64,000 nucleotides of DNA. Source: an uncultured Pseudomonadota bacterium (lineage in GTDB: Bacteria; Pseudomonadota; Alphaproteobacteria; JACZXZ01). The stretch lies in contig CAVVLJ010000020.1 of NCBI GenBank assembly GCA_963749075.1, positions 192,001 to 256,000 of the forward strand, written 5' to 3'. The notes beneath the pieces were generated by a model. It was not told where the DNA came from. It worked only from the letters and a program-made list of their open reading frames with translations, and searched no databases. Of this stretch, positions 40,550 to 49,465 are shown piece after piece (the stretch's first letter is position 1; each line of letters begins with the position of its first letter). The position numbers and the translations under genes were made by a program.

Positions 40550-42175
40550 ATGTTCACGCAAATCCTGAATCCCACGGGGAATCTGTTCCTCACCTGGCTG
40601 GTGGCGCTCGTCCCCGTGGCGCTCCTTCTCATCCTCCTGGCCGTATTCCGCATGACGGCCTGGCTTGCCGTGCTGATCGGCTCGCTCGTCACCTTCGCGC
40701 TCGCCGCGGTGGTGTGGGGGATGCCGTTCGGCGACGGCGTGCATGCCTATGTCTACGGCTCGCTCACCGGCATCTGGGCGGTCGACTGGATCACCGTCTG
40801 GGGCGTCATGCTGTTCAACACGCTGATGGTGACGGGCGTGTTCGAGAAGTTCCGCCGCTGGCTCATCGCGCAAGGGACGGCCGACGTGCGCGTGCAGACC
40901 ATGCTCTTCGCCTGGGCCTTCGGCGCGCTGCTCGAGGGCCTGGTCGGCTTCGGCTATCCCTGGGCCTTCGTGGCGCCCATTCTCATCACGCTCGGGATTC
41001 CCGACCTCGATGCCATCCGGGTTGCCGCCATCGCCAACAACGCGCCGGTCTCCTATGGCGCGCTCGGCGCGCCGATCATCGCCCTTGCCGCGGTGACCGG
41101 CCTGCCGCTCCTCACCCTCTCGAGCTCGGTCGGCCACGTCGTGGCCGTGCTGGCGCTGCTGCCGCCCTGGGTGCTGCTCTATCTCGTGAGCGGCAGGAAG
41201 GGCATGCTGGAGGCTTGGCCGCTCGCCGTGGTGGGCTCGCTCGGCTACATCGCCGGCCAGCTGCCGGTAGCCGCCTACCTCGGCCCCTACCTGCCCGACG
41301 TGGCGGGCGCCATCGTCTGCTTCGCGGTCCTGCTCCTTCTCCTCAAGGTGTGGCGTCCGGCGACCGTGCTCGGCTACGGCGGCAAGCCGGTCTCCGCGGC
41401 CGACCAGGCCAAGCTCGCCGGCGGCGAGCACGGGCTCAGCGCCGGCGAGGTCTTCCAGGCCTGGCTGCCCTTCATCGTGCTGATCATCATCGTGGTCCTA
41501 TGGACCGGCCCGTGGTCGCCCATCCCGGGCTACGTCCCCCTCAAGCTCGCGGTGACGGCGGGCTCCTCCATTAATCCCGGCGCCAAGGTCGCCGCCGCCT
41601 TCAACTGGGCGCCAGGCATCGGCGGCAGTGCGATCATGGCCTCCTGGATCGTGGTGGCGCTCATGTTGAGGCTCAGCGGCGCGCAGCTCCGGGAGGTGTT
41701 CAAGCGCACCTGGGGCCAGATGTGGGGCGCCTGCCTGGTCGGCGTCTTCATCTTCGGGCTGGCCTTCGTCTTCAACTTCTCGGGCATGGCCGGCTCGCTC
41801 GCCTACGGCTTCTCGAAGATCGGCGTCTGGTTCATCATCGTGGCGCCCATCCTCGGCTGGATCGGCGTGGCGCTCTCGGGCAGCAACACCTCGACGAACG
41901 CCATGTTCGGCGCCTTCCAGATGACGGTCGGCAAGCTGCTCGGCTTCCCGGTGACGCTGCTGCCGACGCTCAACTCGGTCGGTGCCGAGATCGGCAAGCC
42001 CATCGCACCCCAGACGGCGAGCGTGGGCGTCTCCACGAGCCGCTTCGTGCGCAACGAGGGCGAGGTGATCCGCCACAACATGGGCTGGACCTTCATCCTG
42101 CTCATCTACCTCATCGTCATCGGCGTCGCGTTCTATTTCTTCTTTCCGCAGATCATCTGGCTCGGCCACAGCTGA
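40550..42175 (+). CDS. L-lactate permease family
   Basis: FGALLEGLVGFG, APVSYGALG, LSGSNTSTN, GKPIAPQ. Confidence 0.92.
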   Translation: MFTQILNPTGNLFLTWLVALVPVALLLILLAVFRMTAWLAVLIGSLVTFALAAVVWGMPFGDGVHAYVYGSLTGIWAVDWITVWGVMLFNTLMVTGVFEKFRRWLIAQGTADVRVQTMLFAWAFGALLEGLVGFGYPWAFVAPILITLGIPDLDAIRVAAIANNAPVSYGALGAPIIALAAVTGLPLLTLSSSVGHVVAVLALLPPWVLLYLVSGRKGMLEAWPLAVVGSLGYIAGQLPVAAYLGPYLPDVAGAIVCFAVLLLLLKVWRPATVLGYGGKPVSAADQAKLAGGEHGLSAGEVFQAWLPFIVLIIIVVLWTGPWSPIPGYVPLKLAVTAGSSINPGAKVAAAFNWAPGIGGSAIMASWIVVALMLRLSGAQLREVFKRTWGQMWGACLVGVFIFGLAFVFNFSGMAGSLAYGFSKIGVWFIIVAPILGWIGVALSGSNTSTNAMFGAFQMTVGKLLGFPVTLLPTLNSVGAEIGKPIAPQTASVGVSTSRFVRNEGEVIRHNMGWTFILLIYLIVIGVAFYFFFPQIIWLGHS

Positions 42176-42376
42176 TCTGAGCGCCGCGTATCGTTCGCGC
42201 CGTAGCGAAGCGTAAGCGCGCCGGGCTCCCGCCCCCGAGCTTGGCGCGCGCGCCGCGTCATCCTCCCGTTCGCGGAGGGGGAGCGCGGCCGAACGCGTCG
42301 ATGCCGAATAGGACTTGTCTCGCGCGGCCGCGCCCGCTTAAGTCTCGTGACAAAGCAAGCGAGCGAGGTGCCGCAC

Positions 42377-43282
42377 ATGAAGACGACCGGATGGATGCTT
42401 GTTCTCGCCGCCCTGTGGGCGGCGCCGTGGGCGCCGCCGAGCGCGCCTGCCGCCGCGGCCGAAGCGCTGGCCGCGGCGCCGCCTCAGCTTGCCGCCCCCT
42501 TGCCGGCGGACATCAAGAGCCGTGGCAAGCTGGTGATGGGAGTGAAGTGCGACTACCCGCCCTTCGGCTATGTGGACGCCGCGGGCAAGAACGCCGGCTT
42601 CGAAATCGACGTGGTGCGCCAGTTCGCCGCTGACGCGTTCGGCTCGCCCGGCGCCGTCGAGCTCGTGTGCGTGAGCGGGCCGAACCGCATCCCCTACCTC
42701 ACGAGCGGCAGGGTCGACGGCATCGTCTCGGTGCTCTCCTGGACGCCCGACCGTGCCAAGGTCATCGGCTTCTCGATCCCCTATTTCGATTCCGGCATCC
42801 GGCTGCTCGTGCCCCAGGGATCGCCGATCAAGGATTGGGGCGACCTCAAGGGCAAGACGATCACCACGACCAGCGGCGGCACGCAGAGCATCTGGCTCAC
42901 CAAATGCATGCCTGACGTGAAGCAGCTGCTTTTCGACAACACGGCCGACTCGCTCTCGGCGCTCAAGCAAGGCCGTGCCGTGGCCTTTCCCCAGGACCTC
43001 ACGCTCCTCGTCGGCATCGTGACCAAGGACCCGACGCTCAAGATCGCCGGCCACAGCGTGGCGCGCGGGCCCTTCGGCGTCGGCGTCAAGCTCGACAACA
43101 AGGCGCTGGCCGCCTGGTTCGACGCCGCCATCGCCGAGATGACGAAGGAGGACTTCTTCTGGCAGGCGCTCGCCAGGCACGTGCCCAAGGAGGCTCTCGA
43201 CCAGTTCAAGGCGGCGGTGCCGCGCCCCGGCCAGCCGGCCATCTCCTACAAGGAGGCCGAGGACATCTACGCTTGCGACTGA
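42377..43282 (+). CDS. Amino acid ABC substrate-binding protein
   Basis: DYPPFGY, NRIPYLTSGRVD. Confidence 0.9.
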   Translation: MKTTGWMLVLAALWAAPWAPPSAPAAAAEALAAAPPQLAAPLPADIKSRGKLVMGVKCDYPPFGYVDAAGKNAGFEIDVVRQFAADAFGSPGAVELVCVSGPNRIPYLTSGRVDGIVSVLSWTPDRAKVIGFSIPYFDSGIRLLVPQGSPIKDWGDLKGKTITTTSGGTQSIWLTKCMPDVKQLLFDNTADSLSALKQGRAVAFPQDLTLLVGIVTKDPTLKIAGHSVARGPFGVGVKLDNKALAAWFDAAIAEMTKEDFFWQALARHVPKEALDQFKAAVPRPGQPAISYKEAEDIYACD

Positions 43283-43298
43283 GCGGAGAGCGTCGCCC

Positions 43299-43967
43299 GT
43301 GAATTTCGGCTACGCCCTCGACCCCGGCTACATCGTAGCGCACCTCGCGGATCTTGCCGCGGGTCTCTTGTGGACGCTGGCGCTGACCGCCATCGGACTT
43401 GCCGGCGGCTCGGCGCTTGGCCTTATCGGCGGTGCCGTGCGCGCCTATCGCGTCCCGCTCCTCTCGCCCCTCGTCGGCGGCTGCGTCGAGCTCATCCGCA
43501 CCACGCCGCTCTTCGTGCAGATCTTTTTCCTCTACTTCGGGCTTCCGGACTTAGGCGTCAGGGTCTCCGGCTTCGCGGTGGCCAGTGCGGCGCTGGTGAT
43601 CTGGGGGGCTGCCTACAACGTGGAGAATTTCCGCGCCGCGCTCGAGGCGGTGCCGCGGCCCTATCGCGAGGCGGCTCGCGCCCTCGGGCTGCGGCCGCTC
43701 CAGGCCTTCCTCGCCGTGGCCTTGCCGGTCGCCTGCCGCATCGCCATGCCGTCCGTCACCAACACCAGCGTGGAGACGCTGAAGAATTCGGCACTCATGC
43801 TCGCCATCAGCTTTCCCGAGCTCACCGACACCGCGGTCAACCTGGTCGCGGTGAGCTTCCGCGTCTTCGAGGTCTTCATCACGATCGGCGCCGTCTATCT
43901 CCTGCTCGCGGCCGGGCTCACGCGGGCCATGCGCGGCCTCGAGCGCCGCCTCGCCTGGCCGGTCTGA
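43299..43967 (+). CDS. Amino acid ABC permease
   Basis: IRTTPLFVQ, ENFRA, LKNSA. Confidence 0.9.
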   Translation: MNFGYALDPGYIVAHLADLAAGLLWTLALTAIGLAGGSALGLIGGAVRAYRVPLLSPLVGGCVELIRTTPLFVQIFFLYFGLPDLGVRVSGFAVASAALVIWGAAYNVENFRAALEAVPRPYREAARALGLRPLQAFLAVALPVACRIAMPSVTNTSVETLKNSALMLAISFPELTDTAVNLVAVSFRVFEVFITIGAVYLLLAAGLTRAMRGLERRLAWPV

Positions 43968-43970
43968 GCC

Positions 43971-44630
43971 GTGCCCGATTGGGTCCCGCCGGTCGCCGCC
44001 TACATGGCCCAGGGTCTGGCCACGACGCTGCTGCTCGCGCTCGTCTGCTCGCTCGCCTCGGTGGCGCTCGGCACGCTCCTCGGCGTGGCCATGATCGCCG
44101 AGCTCCCCCTCTTGCGGCGCGCCCTCCGCCTCTACATCGAGCTGTGGCGCGGGCTACCGCTCATCGTCATCCTCTTCTTCGTGTTCTTTGCCCTGCCGGC
44201 CGCGGGCCTGCGCCTGAGCGCCGTCGCGGCGGCCGGGGTCGGCCTCAGCCTCTGGGGCAGCGCCGTCGTCGCCGACAACGTGCGCGGCGCCATCGCATCG
44301 CTCCCGCGCGGCCAATTCGAGGCCAGCCGCGCGCTTGGCCTCCACTGGATCGCCACCATGCGCTGGGTCATCCTGCCGCAGGCGGTGCGGAGACTCTTGG
44401 CGCCGACGCTCAATCTCCTGACCTCGCTCATCCACGGCACCTCGCTGGCGGCGCAATTGGGGGCGCTCGAGCTCCTCGAGGCGGCGCGGCGCTCGATCCA
44501 GCGCCTCGTGCTCGATGCCGGCCAGCCGCACAGCTTCGCGATCTTCGGCGCAGTGCTCGTCGTCTTCTTCCTGGTCTGCTATCCCCTCATCAGCCTCTCG
44601 CGCCGGCTCGAGCGGCGCCTGCAGCTCTGA
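43971..44630 (+). CDS. Amino acid ABC permease
   Basis: WRGLPLIV, GQFEASRALG. Confidence 0.9.
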   Translation: MPDWVPPVAAYMAQGLATTLLLALVCSLASVALGTLLGVAMIAELPLLRRALRLYIELWRGLPLIVILFFVFFALPAAGLRLSAVAAAGVGLSLWGSAVVADNVRGAIASLPRGQFEASRALGLHWIATMRWVILPQAVRRLLAPTLNLLTSLIHGTSLAAQLGALELLEAARRSIQRLVLDAGQPHSFAIFGAVLVVFFLVCYPLISLSRRLERRLQL

Positions 44631-44640
44631 GCGGCGGGCG

Positions 44641-45786
44641 ATGGCCAGGACCACGGTGCGCGCAATGGAGAGCTTTCGCGGCTATCTCCGTCCGGACGGC
44701 CTCGTCGGCACGCGGAATCTGCTGCTCATCGTGGCGCTCTCCGATCTGGCTAACGGAATCGCCGCGCGCCTTGCGGAGAATACGGCGGGTGCCGTGGCCC
44801 TTCTGACGCCCGCGGGCGGGCTCTCCTTCGGCGAGGAGGCCCGGCTGATCGCCCGCTTGCGCGTGCGCATGTGGGCCAACGCGAATGTCGGGGCCGTGCT
44901 CGCCCTTGGAACGGACGAGGCCGAGTTGAGGGCAGTCTCCGACGCCGTGGCGCGCGCGCGGAAGCCCGTCGAGACGCTCTCGCTCCTGGACACGCTCGAC
45001 AGTCCGGGCACCATGCGTGCCGGCCGAAGCATCGCAGAGCGCCTCCTCGCCGGTCTCGCGCGGGAGCGGCGCCGCGAGGTGGCGCTCTCCGGCCTCTCCA
45101 TCGGGCTCAAATCGAGCGCCAGCAGCGCCAGATCGGCGCGGCTCGTCAATCCGGCCGTGGGCCGGCTTGTGGACGCCCTCGCGCGCGCGGGCGGTACCGT
45201 GGTCGCGACGGAGCTGGCCGATCTCGCGGCTGCCGCGGATGCCCTCGCCGCACGCGCGACAGGGCGCGAAGTCGCCGCCGCGGTCAGGGCGGCCCTCGAG
45301 CGGCCGCGGCACCTCCTCGCCTCGCTCGGTGCCGCGGCACCCGACCCCACGCCGATGAACCGCCTCGGCGGCCTCGCCACCATCGCGGAGAAGGGCGCTA
45401 CGGCGCTGAAGCGCCTCGGCCGCGCGCCGATCTGCTCGCTCATTCCCTATGGCGAGCCGCCGCAAGGCTCGGGCCTCCATCTCATGGCGGGGCCGGGATC
45501 GGCCGCGGTCTCGCTCGTCGGCCTCGCCGCCGCGGGTGCGACTCTCGTCGTCCACACGGTCGGCCTCACCAGCGCGACGCCGCCCTCGCCGCTCGTCCCC
45601 GTCGTCAAGATCGGCGGTCCCCTGCTCGCCGCAAGCCGGGAGCTCGATCTCGCCGTCACGGGCGGCGCCGGACATGGGCCGGCGCTCATCGCGGCCGTGC
45701 TGCGCGCGGCGTCGGGGAGGCGCACTGCGAGCGAGCGCGCCGATGGCAGTACCGTCATGCTGCCAAGCCAGCTGCCACCGCTCTGA
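44641..45786 (+). CDS. UxaA/GarD/SuyB-family dehydratase large-subunit homologue, degenerate
   Basis: FRGYLRPDGLVGTRN, NPAVG, GGLATIAEKG, PVVKI. Confidence 0.75.
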   Translation: MARTTVRAMESFRGYLRPDGLVGTRNLLLIVALSDLANGIAARLAENTAGAVALLTPAGGLSFGEEARLIARLRVRMWANANVGAVLALGTDEAELRAVSDAVARARKPVETLSLLDTLDSPGTMRAGRSIAERLLAGLARERRREVALSGLSIGLKSSASSARSARLVNPAVGRLVDALARAGGTVVATELADLAAAADALAARATGREVAAAVRAALERPRHLLASLGAAAPDPTPMNRLGGLATIAEKGATALKRLGRAPICSLIPYGEPPQGSGLHLMAGPGSAAVSLVGLAAAGATLVVHTVGLTSATPPSPLVPVVKIGGPLLAASRELDLAVTGGAGHGPALIAAVLRAASGRRTASERADGSTVMLPSQLPPL

Positions 45787-45876
45787 TGGTGCAGCCGCGA
45801 GCGGAGCGCTGGCGACCGATTGCGTTGGCCTATCCCATTGCGCCGAAGGCGGGCAATCGGAGGCGATTTCACGGAC

Positions 45877-46860
45877 TCAGGCTGTCGACGGCACGGACGA
45901 GCTGGGCCTGGGCGGCGTCCCGGGCGGCGTTTGCGAGCTTCGCTTCACGATTTGCAGAGCGGTTGCCACCAGCGCGCCGACATTGCCGAGTTCGGCCGGG
46001 ATGATCATGGTCGTGCTCTGCTTGGCGAGATTGCCCCATTTGTCGATGAAATCCTTGGCGAGCTGCATCTGCAGCGCTTCGATGCCGCCTTCGACGACCG
46101 CCGCCGTGGCGATGGCGCGGATGGCATCGGCGGTCGCCGAGGCGACCAGCTCAATGGCCTTGGCTTCGCCTTCGGCGCGCAGTATCTCGGCTTGCCGGCG
46201 CCCGTCGGCGAGGTTGATCTCCTGCTGACGCTGGCCCTCGGAGGTGTTGATCTGCTGCTGGCGCTGGCCTTCCGATTTGAAGATCATCGCGCGCTTTTCC
46301 CGTTCCGCCGTGATCTGCAGCTCCATGGCGTGCAGGATTTCCGCCGGCGGAGTGATGTCCTTGATCTCGTAGCGCAGCACCTTGATCCCCCAGTTGACGG
46401 CGGCCTCCTCCACCGCCGCGGCGACCGCGGCATTCAGCATCTGCCGCGAGGACAGGGCCTGGTCGAGATGCAGCTTGCCGATCTCCGAGCGCATGCTGGT
46501 CTGCGCCAATTGCATTGCGGCGTTCATCGGATTGCTCGAGCCATAGGCCGCCTTCACCGCATCGGTGATCTGCAGATAGAGGAAGCCGTCGACGGTGAGG
46601 GTGGTGTTGTCGAGCGAGATGCAGACCTGCGCCGGCACTTCCGAGGGCACTTCGCGCAGGTCGAAGCGGTACGCGACGCGGTCCGCGAAGGGCACGAGGA
46701 CGTTCAACCCCGGCGTCAGGGCGCGGTGGAAGCGGCCGAGCCGCTCGACGATCCACGACTGCTGCTGCGGCACGATGCGCAGCGCCGAGCGGAGCACCGC
46801 GATCCCGAGGACCAGAAGAAGAATGAAGGGGATGAACGACGCGAGAAACTCGTCCCGCAT
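45877..46860 (-). CDS. SPFH/stomatin-like protein (QmcA-like)
   Basis: IVERLGRF, AQTSMRSEIG, RYEIKDI, AEREKRA. Confidence 0.93.
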   Translation of the reverse strand: MRDEFLASFIPFILLLVLGIAVLRSALRIVPQQQSWIVERLGRFHRALTPGLNVLVPFADRVAYRFDLREVPSEVPAQVCISLDNTTLTVDGFLYLQITDAVKAAYGSSNPMNAAMQLAQTSMRSEIGKLHLDQALSSRQMLNAAVAAAVEEAAVNWGIKVLRYEIKDITPPAEILHAMELQITAEREKRAMIFKSEGQRQQQINTSEGQRQQEINLADGRRQAEILRAEGEAKAIELVASATADAIRAIATAAVVEGGIEALQMQLAKDFIDKWGNLAKQSTTMIIPAELGNVGALVATALQIVKRSSQTPPGTPPRPSSSVPSTA

Positions 46861-46879
46861 GATGCGTCTCCTCGAATGC

Positions 46880-47320
46880 CTATGACTGCGCCGCCTCGGG
46901 CGACGGGGAAAGATGCAGGAGCTTGTCGGTCTTGCGCGTGATGAAGGCCGTAGTGCCGGGAGCGGGGGCGGCGGTGCCTTCCATGACGGCCTCCCAATTC
47001 GTGCCGCGATAGCTCACCAAAACGTGGTTTTCCTGCGGCAATACGCTGACGACCGTCACGCGCTGGCCGATGTCGAAATCGACGAGCTGCTTGCTGCGCG
47101 CGAGACGCCGCCGGTAGAGCATGACCGCGGCCGTGACGATCGCACAAAGCAGCACGAACGCCAAGATCAGCAGGTCGCCCGAAACCCAGAAGCCGATCGC
47201 GACCGCGAGGAGTGCAGCGCCGGCGACGCCGGCAAGATAGAAGGTGCCGGTGTGCAGCTCGGCCAGTGCGGCGGAGAGGGCGACGACGAGGAAAAGCCAT
47301 TGCATGGGCGAAATGCTCAT
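46880..47320 (-). CDS. NfeD-family membrane protein
   Basis: AELHTGTFYL, VSYRGTNWEA OB-fold; next to the SPFH gene. Confidence 0.88.
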   Translation of the reverse strand: MSISPMQWLFLVVALSAALAELHTGTFYLAGVAGAALLAVAIGFWVSGDLLILAFVLLCAIVTAAVMLYRRRLARSKQLVDFDIGQRVTVVSVLPQENHVLVSYRGTNWEAVMEGTAAPAPGTTAFITRKTDKLLHLSPSPEAAQS

Positions 47321-47556
47321 TCGGACGGGCTCTTCAGTCCCGGGCAGATTGCCAGCGCGCTGCGCCCGATCGCGAGATCTCCAGCAGTTTCTTCGCGGCG
47401 CAGATCTCCATCGGGCGCCGGCGTCATCACGGCAGGCACCGCCCGCCGCCGGTAGCATGCTCTCTCGCGGCACAGAGAGCAATCCCGCGCGTCGGTAATG
47501 GTACAGTTTGAATTTCTGGGTCTCTCGCGCCCCGCTCCCCTCGTGACCGGAGCCGT

Positions 47557-47575
47557 GCCATACTTAGAGTATGGC
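47557..47575. promoter_or_regulatory. Palindrome over an extended -10 and the start codon
   Basis: GCCATACT-TAG-AGTATGGC; TGcCATACT lies 6 nt before ATG 47571. Confidence 0.55.
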
Positions 47576-47795
47576 CATCAAGCGACTCAAACGTCCGCGC
47601 GACCCGCTCCAGCTCGCCAAGCTCATTGGTGATATTGCGACTGGGCAAGTTGCTGATAGGGCAGAAGATACCCGAAGCGCCGCCGCCGTCGAATTAGGCC
47701 AAAAAGGCGGCAAAGCGCGTGCAGCAAAATTGTCAAAAGAAAGACGAAAAGAGATCGCAAGTGCCGCAGCTCGGCGTAGATGGGGACATAAGTAA
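47571..47795 (+). CDS. Small basic KGG-motif protein at the transposon left end
   Basis: KRPRDPLQLAKLIGDIATG...LGQKGGKARAAKLSKERRKEIA. Confidence 0.8.
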   Translation: MAIKRLKRPRDPLQLAKLIGDIATGQVADRAEDTRSAAAVELGQKGGKARAAKLSKERRKEIASAAARRRWGHK

Positions 47796-47801
47796 TCTTG
47801 G

Positions 47802-48383
47802 TTAACTGCGCTTTGGGAGGAGCGGATTATCAGGTAAATTTGGAAGTGGCAGCGTCGGTATTACAAGTGCTGTGCCGGCCCCAAGACCGGGAAATGGGAA
47901 TAGCGGATTAGCAGCTCCCGCTGATTGTGGTTCCACCCGCAATGTTCCAAGTCTAATGATCTTATCGCCATAATCGGCGCGGACTTTAATTCGTCCCGCC
48001 TGAATCAAAATCATTGGTGACATAACAAACAGCGTGTTTATAGTGAAAAGCTCTGGCAAGTCTGGGTCAGGAGGCAGCGTAGTGGTCTTAAAAGTTTCGT
48101 CCACTGTCGCTTTATTAGCAGGAATTTCTCCGCCTACATTTGGTTTATCGGGGGCGTTACCGGGCAAGAAAATTTTGATTGTGATGCTCCAATCCCGATT
48201 TTCTGCCATTTTACGCGGTTCATTAAAGGTCGTCGCAATTCCGAACTTTGGCACCACCATTGGAAAAGCCGGCACGTAAATAACGGCGTTGTAAACGCCG
48301 ATGTAACTTGCCTTGTTACCAACCTCCGAACGAATGTCGTCACAAAAGATGGACGAGCCAAACGGTTCATCAAATTTGGACAT
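47802..48383 (-). CDS. DUF6941-like beta-rich protein
   Basis: IFCDDIRSEVGNKASYIGVY motif. Confidence 0.7.
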   Translation of the reverse strand: MSKFDEPFGSSIFCDDIRSEVGNKASYIGVYNAVIYVPAFPMVVPKFGIATTFNEPRKMAENRDWSITIKIFLPGNAPDKPNVGGEIPANKATVDETFKTTTLPPDPDLPELFTINTLFVMSPMILIQAGRIKVRADYGDKIIRLGTLRVEPQSAGAANPLFPFPGLGAGTALVIPTLPLPNLPDNPLLPKRS

Positions 48384-48387
48384 TTGT

Positions 48388-48840
48388 TCAGCCTGACGTA
48401 GGTGTCCCCAGCAGATCACTGTATGCAATGCCGGTGGCGCCCCTAGTGGTTAGCATTGCCGCGTTAGGACCCGTGATATAGATCACGGCTCCTGCTGATG
48501 ACGAGGATAACCAATCAGGGTGCCGATAATTGCGCGGAGGCTCCTCAAGGGGGTGGACGATACTGTATCCTGCTTCCGCATGCGAAATGGCAAAAAGCAG
48601 ATCGCTCAAGGTATCAAGGCCCCAATTGCCCGGCGCACCGATTAAACGACACACAACGTCTGGTCGCTTATTCATCCGACGCGCCAGTTCAGCCTGAGTA
48701 AGGCCGCTCTTCTTGAATTCATTCAGCACAAGATCATGCACGCGGCTCCTGTTCCTAGCCTGAAAATAGGCGAACTCCCAAGCCGGGATCGCCCCTGTTC
48801 CCGTGGGGCTAAACGGGCTCAAAGTTGGAGAGGTAGTCAT
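48388..48840 (-). CDS. XRE/HigA-like HTH protein with a C-terminal extension
   Basis: SGLTQAELARRMNKRPDVVCRLIGAPGNWGLDTLSDL. Confidence 0.8.
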   Translation of the reverse strand: MTTSPTLSPFSPTGTGAIPAWEFAYFQARNRSRVHDLVLNEFKKSGLTQAELARRMNKRPDVVCRLIGAPGNWGLDTLSDLLFAISHAEAGYSIVHPLEEPPRNYRHPDWLSSSSAGAVIYITGPNAAMLTTRGATGIAYSDLLGTPTSG

Positions 48841-49336
48841 TGAGGCTGGCTCCGTGGAACGGTTGATGTGGATGAAAGAGATTCCTCCATCTGGCCTTAC
48901 ATCGTTCGATCTCATCGCGCCAATCTTTGTCTTCAGCCAAATTCTCCCGAAAGTTAACGGTCAGCGCCACGAATAGATCTTTATCTGCAAAGCCACCAAG
49001 CACTCTGATCCCCGGTTTCGGATCAACGCATCGAATATCAAAAATGTCGTCCCTGGGCGGGTCTGTCCGTGCGACCCGGGTGGCCTTTGGCTTCTTATAG
49101 GGATCGTCGGCGACGGTTATGCGATCCCCCTGGGTCCAGGCATCCAAATAGGCTCGCATCTGCGTTAGCCGCCGTCCCTCTGTTGTCACCGGCCATGGCG
49201 GGTGTGCGACCTTATTGACCTCCTCGGAAACAAACAGCTCCCGTATCACCTTAGCGCTCGGAATGAGCGGCGGCAGGAAGAACAGCCGAGGAGGCACCTC
49301 GCTGACACGGTTATTGATTCCATCGCGTATTGACAT
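48809..49336 (-). CDS. Putative RelE/HigB-like toxin
   Basis: IFDIRCVDPKPGIRVLGGFADKDLFVAL beta-meander; overlaps the downstream HTH gene. Confidence 0.55.
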   Translation of the reverse strand: MSIRDGINNRVSEVPPRLFFLPPLIPSAKVIRELFVSEEVNKVAHPPWPVTTEGRRLTQMRAYLDAWTQGDRITVADDPYKKPKATRVARTDPPRDDIFDIRCVDPKPGIRVLGGFADKDLFVALTVNFRENLAEDKDWRDEIERCKARWRNLFHPHQPFHGASLNDYLSNFEPV

Positions 49337-49346
49337 ATAAGTCAAT
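49329..49346. promoter_or_regulatory. Putative operator overlapping the toxin start
   Basis: ATTGAC-N6-GTCAAT perfect inverted repeat. Confidence 0.6.
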
Positions 49347-49430
49347 GAGAGAAATATTAAAGGACCTTACGCGCGATGGTAGCGCAATGCAGCTAGTAGA
49401 GTCCCGCATACATTCGTCAAAAGAAATTGC

Positions 49431-49459
49431 TTGACGCTAAGCATAAAATGACAGATACT
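49431..49459 (+). promoter_or_regulatory. Sigma70-like promoter of the transposase (likely leaderless)
   Basis: TTGACG-N17-GATACT, 6 nt before ATG 49466. Confidence 0.6.
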
Positions 49460-49465
49460 AGGGGC

